DNA of 64,000 bases from an uncultured Veillonellaceae bacterium (lineage in GTDB: Bacteria; Bacillota; Negativicutes; JARBTT01): contig CAWDTA010000002.1 of NCBI GenBank assembly GCA_963805085.1, forward strand, positions 928,001 to 992,000. The letters run 5' to 3'. Below are positions 57,403 to 64,000 of the stretch, in pieces. The number at the start of each line of letters is the position of its first letter. Positions within the stretch are counted from its first letter, which is position 1. A program made the translations under genes and the position numbers. Under the pieces are notes generated by a model. The model saw only the letters and a list, made by a program, of their open reading frames with translations, was not told where the DNA came from and did not search any database.

Positions 57403-60249
57403 ATGACAAGAATGCAAAACATATATCAAACTTTAAAAGCGTTATGTAGTAAAGTTAGTCTTGAGGATCTAGAACAAGGGTTTTCTGGATTTGATACGAA
57501 TCAGATCAGTCAAATAAATGGAATTATCAGAAATAACGTTAGCAAGGAATTAAACAAGCTTGTAAGAGAAAAAAAAGTTATAAAAATAAAAGGACATCCA
57601 GTTTATTTTTTTGATAAAGCAAGACTTGAGTATTTACTAGGAACAAGTATAGTTATGGGAGACACAGAAGTTTCTTCTATAGGGGAACTTATACATAGCA
57701 ATTCAAATTTCATGCCAACCGAAAAAGAAAATCAAGATATTCTTGAGCAAATTATTGGTTCTAAAATGAGTCTAGATGTTCCGATTAAACAGGCAAAGGC
57801 TGCCATCTTTTATCCACCAAGAGGACTACATACTTTACTAATTGGCCCAACTGGAAGTGGCAAGACTACATTTGCAGAGATTATGTATCAATATGCGCTT
57901 GAATCTGGAACGTTAAAGCAAGGTGCCAATTTCATCATATTTAACTGTGCAGAGTATGCAGATAATCCGCAATTAATCTTATCGCAGTTATTTGGGCACA
58001 TGAAAGGCGCTTTTACTGGAGCTAATAAAGATAATCCTGGGCTAATTGAAGAGGCAAATGGTGGGATATTATTACTAGATGAAGTACATAGGCTGTCTCC
58101 AGAGGGGCAGGAAATGCTATTTATGTTAATCGATAAAAATAAATATCGCAGAGTGGGTGAAACAAGCAATACACGAAATGCGGAGGTGCTTTTAATAGCA
58201 GCTACTACAGAAGATGTAGAGTCTGTCTTATTAAAAACATTTTTACGAAGAATTCCAATGGTGATTAAGTTGCCTTCGTTATCCGAAAGGTCTTTAAATG
58301 AACGCTATGAATTAATTAGTAGCTTTTTCTCTATCCAATCAGATATTATTAATGCACCTATCCGTGTATATAAAGATGTGTTGAAGGCATTATTATTATA
58401 TGATTGCAAGGGAAATATCGGACAGTTAAAAAGTGATATACAGCTAATTTGTGCTCGTGGATTTCTAGAATATAAAACGCAACGGAAAGTATTTATAGAA
58501 ATTGATATACCTTTAGTCCCTGAGCATGTATATAACGGACTTTTATATAGTCAGGAAAAACGTGACGAAATCTTTGAACTTCTAGAGGACAGCAGAGTGT
58601 ATTACGAATTTCCTCAAAATAAATTTAATAAAAATCTTTTTAGTGATAACTATAATGATTCAGATAAAGTATATTCTGAATTAACAGTAAAATATAATTT
58701 ATACACCAAAAGAGGGGATTCACAAGAGAGCATAAACCAAAAAATGAATCAAGTTATTGAAAAGTATTTAAAACAACTTTTAAAAAAGGTAGATATTCAT
58801 GAGAAAATATCTGAAAATGAAAAACTTTTTAAGGTGGTCAGTCCTAGAGTATATGCTGCCATTGAACGTACACTTTCTATCGCTTCTGATATGTTAAAGA
58901 AAAAAATAAGTAAAAAAGTAGTAATTGCATTGGCTATGCATATCAATGCGCTGCCTAAACGAAAAACAGAAAAAATTAGCTATACGAAAGAAAGTTTAAA
59001 CAAAATTGCAATTAATAACCCAGAAGAATATAAAGCTGCTAAAGTCATTCGAAAAGAAATTGAAAAATCTTTAGATATGGAGATCCCAGAGGAGGAAGAA
59101 GGCTTTATCGCTATGTTCCTATATGCTGTCGATTCTAAAGAAATGAATCAAAAAGTCGGTGTTATAGTCATGGCCCATGGAAGCAGTACTGCTTCAAGTA
59201 TTGCCGAAGTCTGCAATGTATTACTGAGCACAAATCACTGTAAAGCAATTGATATGGCTCTAGATGATAAAATTCAAGATGTATTAGATAAAACTGTGGA
59301 ATTAGTTAAAAAGGTAGATCAAGGGAAAGGTGTTTTACTACTAGTGGATATGGGGTCTCTCTCAGCTTTTGGAAAGATTGTTGAAGAAAGAACGGGTATT
59401 AATATTATTACAATTCAAATGGTATCTACGCCAATTGCTCTAGATGCAGTTCGAAAGAGCTTGATGCCGGGTATGACTTTAACTCAAATTACGGAAGACT
59501 TGCAAGATGTAGCCACTCCTAACATAGGAATAAGTCTTACAGGGGAGCTAGAAATGGCGAAGCAAAGTGTCAATTCAAAAATGATTGTCACTACTTGTAT
59601 GACATCAGAAGGAACAGCTGTGCAACTTGCCAACCTGATTAAAGATTCTATTCCAAGCATAATTGAGAATAATATTACTGTTCAACCGATGACAATTCAT
59701 AAAATTAAAAGTCTGACCCGTGATAAATTAGATAACATCTTTGTATTTGTAGGCAGTTTAAATCCAGAAATCATCAGTATACCCTATATTTCAACAGATG
59801 AAATTGTTATACATAATGGACTAGAACGAATCAGTAATATGATTGAAGGCAGACGCCTTGATAGATATAAAAAAAGATTGATTCCAAATTTAACTATGAA
59901 AATTATTGAGGATTCCTTAAGCTTTTTAAACCCTCAAAAAGCTTATGATGTATTGGATGAGGCGCTAAATGATATTGTAAATATACTGTACATCGAAAAA
60001 ACAGATCATCTAAAAGCAAGTTTTCTTATGCATTGCACATGTATGATAGAAAGAGTAATAAAGAAGGAAGTGTTGCCATATAACGATATTGCAATGTGCA
60101 TTGAGGAGAATATGGATATCTATCATACGTTAAAAAAATCGCTGCAGATTGTGGAAGATACCTTTAGTATGATAATTCCTGATACAGAGTTGGGATATAT
60201 CATTGATATGATTGATACAGATGAACGCACACGGAAATTAATTAAATAA
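57403..60249 (+). CDS. levR: LevR-family sigma54 activator (HTH-AAA+-PRD-EIIA-PRD)
   Basis: GPTGSGKT, GAFTGA, LDEVHRL, PRD His (LAMHI, LMHC), EIIA-Man VMAHG...LVDMGSL. Confidence 0.9.
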   Translation: MTRMQNIYQTLKALCSKVSLEDLEQGFSGFDTNQISQINGIIRNNVSKELNKLVREKKVIKIKGHPVYFFDKARLEYLLGTSIVMGDTEVSSIGELIHSNSNFMPTEKENQDILEQIIGSKMSLDVPIKQAKAAIFYPPRGLHTLLIGPTGSGKTTFAEIMYQYALESGTLKQGANFIIFNCAEYADNPQLILSQLFGHMKGAFTGANKDNPGLIEEANGGILLLDEVHRLSPEGQEMLFMLIDKNKYRRVGETSNTRNAEVLLIAATTEDVESVLLKTFLRRIPMVIKLPSLSERSLNERYELISSFFSIQSDIINAPIRVYKDVLKALLLYDCKGNIGQLKSDIQLICARGFLEYKTQRKVFIEIDIPLVPEHVYNGLLYSQEKRDEIFELLEDSRVYYEFPQNKFNKNLFSDNYNDSDKVYSELTVKYNLYTKRGDSQESINQKMNQVIEKYLKQLLKKVDIHEKISENEKLFKVVSPRVYAAIERTLSIASDMLKKKISKKVVIALAMHINALPKRKTEKISYTKESLNKIAINNPEEYKAAKVIRKEIEKSLDMEIPEEEEGFIAMFLYAVDSKEMNQKVGVIVMAHGSSTASSIAEVCNVLLSTNHCKAIDMALDDKIQDVLDKTVELVKKVDQGKGVLLLVDMGSLSAFGKIVEERTGINIITIQMVSTPIALDAVRKSLMPGMTLTQITEDLQDVATPNIGISLTGELEMAKQSVNSKMIVTTCMTSEGTAVQLANLIKDSIPSIIENNITVQPMTIHKIKSLTRDKLDNIFVFVGSLNPEIISIPYISTDEIVIHNGLERISNMIEGRRLDRYKKRLIPNLTMKIIEDSLSFLNPQKAYDVLDEALNDIVNILYIEKTDHLKASFLMHCTCMIERVIKKEVLPYNDIAMCIEENMDIYHTLKKSLQIVEDTFSMIIPDTELGYIIDMIDTDERTRKLIK

Positions 60250-60352
60250 ATTATACAATAAATAAAACAATTGATAAAAAATTTGCTTTGAAAAGCTGCA
60301 TTTATCAGTTGTTTTATTATTTTTTATTAAAAATTCGCGAAGCAATATTAAG

Positions 60353-60369
60353 TTGGCATAATTATTGCA
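60353..60369 (+). promoter_or_regulatory. Sigma54 -24/-12 promoter
   Basis: TTGGCATAATTATTGCA upstream of the PTS operon. Confidence 0.9.
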
Positions 60370-60461
60370 TTAATATAAAGCAACGAAAAGTTTTACAAAT
60401 CTAAAGAAATAAAAAGGATAGATACTTGTGAAATTATTTGATAAAAAGGAGGTAAAGAAGG

Positions 60462-60860
60462 ATGGATGAAAAACCATGGATTTTAATATTAACACATGGA
60501 AATGCGGGAGAAGCGTTGGTTAAGAGTGCTGAAATGATTATAAGTACTTTGCAAAATGTGATGGCCTTCTCATTGTTACCGGGGATGTCTCCAGAAGAGT
60601 TTATTGAAATGGTTAAAGAAAAGTTAGATGCTTTGCCAAAAGGAGTACTGATATTAACAGATTTATTTGGTGGCACACCTTTTAATGTAGCAATGGCATT
60701 ATCAAGAAATTATGATATCAGTCTAGTTAGTGGCGTAAATATTTCAATGATCATTGAGGGCGATTTGCTGCGCAATAATTTATCAGGAAGAGAATTGGCA
60801 AAAGCTGTTCAGAAAGTTGGAAGTGAAGCTTGCTGTCTTGCAGATATGCCACAAAAATAA
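60462..60860 (+). CDS. PTS mannose-family EIIA
   Basis: ILTHG, TDLFGGTPFN, SGVNISM. Confidence 0.92.
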   Translation: MDEKPWILILTHGNAGEALVKSAEMIISTLQNVMAFSLLPGMSPEEFIEMVKEKLDALPKGVLILTDLFGGTPFNVAMALSRNYDISLVSGVNISMIIEGDLLRNNLSGRELAKAVQKVGSEACCLADMPQK

Positions 60861-60886
60861 ATAAGAAAAGATGGAGGAATTTTTTC

Positions 60887-61372
60887 ATGGCTGAGATTAA
60901 GTTAGTAAGAGTAGATTTTAGATTAATTCATGGTCAAGTAATCACGCGTTGGTTAAAACAGACCAATGCAAATAGAATTATAGTAATCGATAACAAGTTA
61001 TCGAAAGATCCATTTATGAGTCAAGTATATGTGCTAGCTGCTCCTCCCGGTGTAAATGTTGAAATGATATCGGTCGATGAGGCCGCGACTTCATGGGCGA
61101 AAAATGAATTAGGTAACGGCAGTGTGTTAATTCTTTTCAAAACAGTTTCCACTGCCTTGGAAGCATTGGAAAAAGGTATTCCGTTAAAACGATTACAAAT
61201 TGGAGGCCTCGGAGCAGGTCCAGGAAGAAAAGTTGTTTATAACCAAATCACATTAAACGATGGTGATGCAGAAAAACTTCAAGAAATAAGTGCCGCTGGC
61301 TCAGAAATATTTTTCCAGACAGTTCCTGAAGAAACATCAGTAAGTTTAAAAGATATTCTCAAAAAAATGTAA
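60887..61372 (+). CDS. PTS mannose/sorbose-family EIIB
   Basis: RVDFRLIHGQV. Confidence 0.92.
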   Translation: MAEIKLVRVDFRLIHGQVITRWLKQTNANRIIVIDNKLSKDPFMSQVYVLAAPPGVNVEMISVDEAATSWAKNELGNGSVLILFKTVSTALEALEKGIPLKRLQIGGLGAGPGRKVVYNQITLNDGDAEKLQEISAAGSEIFFQTVPEETSVSLKDILKKM

Positions 61373-61393
61373 GTAGGAAAGGAAGATGAAAAA

Positions 61394-62140
61394 ATGATTA
61401 TTCAAGCAGCATTGATCGGTTTATTGTATTATATGGCAACAAACCGAATTTGGTATGGGTTCTCAATGTTAATACGGCAGCCATTATCATTATCAGTATT
61501 TATTGGACTAATCTTTGGGGATATGGAAACAGCATTAATTATGGGTGGTACACTACAGATGATGTATCTTGGTGCAATTGCTCCTGGTGGAAATATTCCA
61601 ACAGATGAAGCACTAGCAGCTTGTGTGGCGATTCCTCTTGCAATTCAGGCACATGTTGGTCCGGAAATAGCAGTTGCTATTGCCGTTCCCATTGGACTAC
61701 TTGGAGTTCTGCTAGACGAGCTTAGAAGAACATTATTTACAGGCCTCGTTCATATAGCAGACAAACGTGCAGAAGAAGGAGATGCAGCAGGCATAAGGCG
61801 GCTAGCATTCATTTATCCGCTGATCTGTGCATTTCCTATCCGTTTTATCCCAGCGTTTTTAGCAAACTTATATGGTGTTGATGCAGTGCAGACTTTCATG
61901 AGTTCAGTTCCACAGTGGGTATTACAAGGACTTGGTATAGCGGGAAATATATTACCAGCATTAGGGTTTGCTCTAACGATGGTCATTATTGGGAAGAGAA
62001 ACTATATTCCCTTTTTCATTATTGGGTTCTTCTTTGTAGCATACACAGGAATCAGTATTGTGGGAGTCGCAATATTTGGATTTTGCATGGCAGCTATTTA
62101 CACTCATTTTCAACCAATTAAAGAGCAGAGGGAGGGGTAA
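61394..62140 (+). CDS. PTS mannose-family EIIC
   Basis: GGTLQMMYLG..PGG..P, LPALGFA. Confidence 0.9.
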   Translation: MIIQAALIGLLYYMATNRIWYGFSMLIRQPLSLSVFIGLIFGDMETALIMGGTLQMMYLGAIAPGGNIPTDEALAACVAIPLAIQAHVGPEIAVAIAVPIGLLGVLLDELRRTLFTGLVHIADKRAEEGDAAGIRRLAFIYPLICAFPIRFIPAFLANLYGVDAVQTFMSSVPQWVLQGLGIAGNILPALGFALTMVIIGKRNYIPFFIIGFFFVAYTGISIVGVAIFGFCMAAIYTHFQPIKEQREG

Positions 62141-62142
62141 TA

Positions 62143-63003
62143 ATGAATCAGGAAATTGTAAAGTTAGAGCCCGAAAAAATTACCAAAACAGATATTACAA
62201 AATCGTGGATCAGATGGTTTGCTTACTCAGAAGTGTCTAACAGCTATGAACGTTTACAGGCCTTGGCCTTCTGCGGAGCTATGACAGGAATATTAGAAAA
62301 GCTATATAAAAATAAAGCGGATCTAGCTGCAGCATTGCAAAGACATTTAACGATGTACAACACGCAATGTAATTGGGGATCTGTTATAAGTGGTATTACC
62401 ATTGCGTTAGAGGAAAAAGCTGCATCAAAATCGGAAGAAGTGACTGAAGAAGATGAGGATGAAGTTAGTGAAGAAGTAATTACAGGAATTAAAACTGGTT
62501 TGATGGGACCCATTGCTGGTATTGGGGACACGATTGACTATGGTACTTTACGTCCCATATTGATGGGGATCTTCATTCCCTTTGCTCTGGCAGGTTCAGC
62601 AGTTGCCGCCTTACTTCCATTGATCATTCAGACAACATTTACAGCGATTATGGGTTACACACTCTATCATAAAGGCTACTCCGTTGGTAAAAAATCAATT
62701 ATTGATATTCTGCAGTCTGGTAAGATTCAGCAGGTTATTAGCGGTGCTGGTGTAGTAGGTATGTTTATGATGGGAGCATTGTCAGCTAATTATGTAAAAC
62801 TTACAACTCCAATGACCATTACTACATCTGTAAAAGTACTTCAAATTCAAACTTTCATTGATCAGATTGCGCCCAAATTATTACCTCTGGTTGCTGTATT
62901 AGGAGTATACCTCTACTTGATAAAAATTGGGCCAAACTATGTTAAAATTGTTGGATTTCTTATTGGAATCAGCTTACTTGGTTCAGCAATAGGTATTTTC
63001 TAA
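62143..63003 (+). CDS. PTS mannose-family EIID
   Basis: SYERLQALAF, KTGLMGPIAGIGDT. Confidence 0.92.
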   Translation: MNQEIVKLEPEKITKTDITKSWIRWFAYSEVSNSYERLQALAFCGAMTGILEKLYKNKADLAAALQRHLTMYNTQCNWGSVISGITIALEEKAASKSEEVTEEDEDEVSEEVITGIKTGLMGPIAGIGDTIDYGTLRPILMGIFIPFALAGSAVAALLPLIIQTTFTAIMGYTLYHKGYSVGKKSIIDILQSGKIQQVISGAGVVGMFMMGALSANYVKLTTPMTITTSVKVLQIQTFIDQIAPKLLPLVAVLGVYLYLIKIGPNYVKIVGFLIGISLLGSAIGIF

Positions 63004-63020
63004 AAGGAAGGAAATAAAAA

Positions 63021-63632
63021 ATGCTAAGTGAAAGCCATGACGAAGAATTAGAATACTTTTTAAATATTTCTCTTACTGAATTTGAAAAAATTCAAAAAAA
63101 AATAAACAGTAGTTTTTATGAAGATGCAGTCAACTTAATTGTTGAAGCGGAAAAAAATAAATGTCGAATTCATGTTACGGGCATAGGAAAACCCGGGCAT
63201 GTAGCAGGATACATTGCATCCCTCTTGTCTTCTACGGGTACACCAACATATACATTGCATGGGACAGAAGCAGTGCATGGCTCTGCTGGTCAGGTTTTTC
63301 CTGGTGATGTTGTTATTGCAATCTCCAATAGTGGGGAAACAGGAGAATTGAAAGCGACAATACAGGCTTTAAAGAATAATGGTGCAAAAGTCATTGCGGT
63401 AACTGGAAAGCCAGATTCTTGGCTTGCGAAAAATGGTGATGCATTCCTATATGCCGGAGTAGAAGCAGAAGGCGATGCACTAAATATGGCACCTAGAGCA
63501 TCTATCATTGCCGAAATCTTAGTTCTACAAGGATTAAGCCTAGTATTGCAAAGTGTTAAAAAGTTATCACATCAGCAATACATCAAATGGCATCCAGGCG
63601 GGTCTTTAGGACAGAGAAAGGATGAAGCATAG
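63021..63632 (+). CDS. SIS-domain sugar-phosphate isomerase (KdsD/GutQ-like, no CBS domains)
   Basis: VTGIGKPGH, EAVHGSAG, ISNSGET, HPGGSLG. Confidence 0.85.
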   Translation: MLSESHDEELEYFLNISLTEFEKIQKKINSSFYEDAVNLIVEAEKNKCRIHVTGIGKPGHVAGYIASLLSSTGTPTYTLHGTEAVHGSAGQVFPGDVVIAISNSGETGELKATIQALKNNGAKVIAVTGKPDSWLAKNGDAFLYAGVEAEGDALNMAPRASIIAEILVLQGLSLVLQSVKKLSHQQYIKWHPGGSLGQRKDEA

Positions 63633-64000
63633 ATGGGAAAGATTTTAATTACCCCCCGATCCTTTTCGCGGTATGGAGAGCAGGCAATCGAGCTAATGGA
63701 ATCAAAAGGCTATGAAGTGACGGTAAATACTACTGGAAAACCCTATAGCTATGAAAAATTCTGCGAATTATCTTCTGACGTAGATGGAATCATTTTAGGG
63801 GTAGATACGGTTGATGAACAGATGCTTAAGGGGGCAAAGAATTTAAAAGGAATCTCACGATTTGGCGTGGGGATTGACAATATTGATGCCGAAATTGCCA
63901 ATCAATTGGGAATTGAAATAGCTCGAGCCGTTGGATCAAATTCTACTTCTGTGGCAGAACTGGCAGTTGGTTTCTTCTTCACATTGGCTCGTAATGTTGT
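63633..64000 (+). CDS. D-2-hydroxyacid / phosphoglycerate dehydrogenase-like protein, 3' truncated by window edge
   Basis: Hand translation MGKILITPRSFS...ISRFGVGIDNID...NSTSVAEL. Confidence 0.85.
   Translation, partial: MGKILITPRSFSRYGEQAIELMESKGYEVTVNTTGKPYSYEKFCELSSDVDGIILGVDTVDEQMLKGAKNLKGISRFGVGIDNIDAEIANQLGIEIARAVGSNSTSVAELAVGFFFTLARNV

Noticed and set aside
505-63508. Numerous 60-150 aa ORFs overlapping or antisense to long genes (e.g. 6539-6991, 20462-20728, 22260-22631, 41652-42056, 54056-54388)
   Set aside because: Shadow frames of well-supported genes, with no recognisable motifs.

Overview
Low-GC Firmicutes DNA. The gene content (sporulation-type PAS kinases, a LevR/sigma54 PTS, lipoproteins) fits Negativicutes/Sporomusaceae, but this is inference. 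The dominant feature is a ~30 kb integrative, probably mobilizable, element inserted in a tRNA-Gly(CCC) gene, with a 48-bp att duplication at 9949-9996 and 39918-39965 (1 mismatch). The element carries: an amber-interrupted D5/SF3-like replication gene with iteron-like repeats; a mobC-relaxase-xis-tyrosine integrase module followed by a stand-alone RNase H1-type hybrid-binding-domain gene; a ~12.4 kb methyltransferase-free type 4 BREX / Ssp-like (PAPS-reductase, putative DNA phosphorothioation) defence operon with two extra genes; and repeat-flanked cargo cassettes (YD-repeat lipoprotein, DUF932, AAA ATPase, methyltransferase, PAS kinase). Left flank: a sodium:solute symporter and an operon of MFS, N-acylamino-acid racemase, two M20 hydrolases and D-serine dehydratase. 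Right flank: PAS kinase, an XRE/HD-GYP divergent switch, a GT4/GH130/ManC cluster, a polar amino acid ABC transporter and a LevR-controlled mannose-family PTS operon. All family calls come from motif recognition by eye; no database searches were run.
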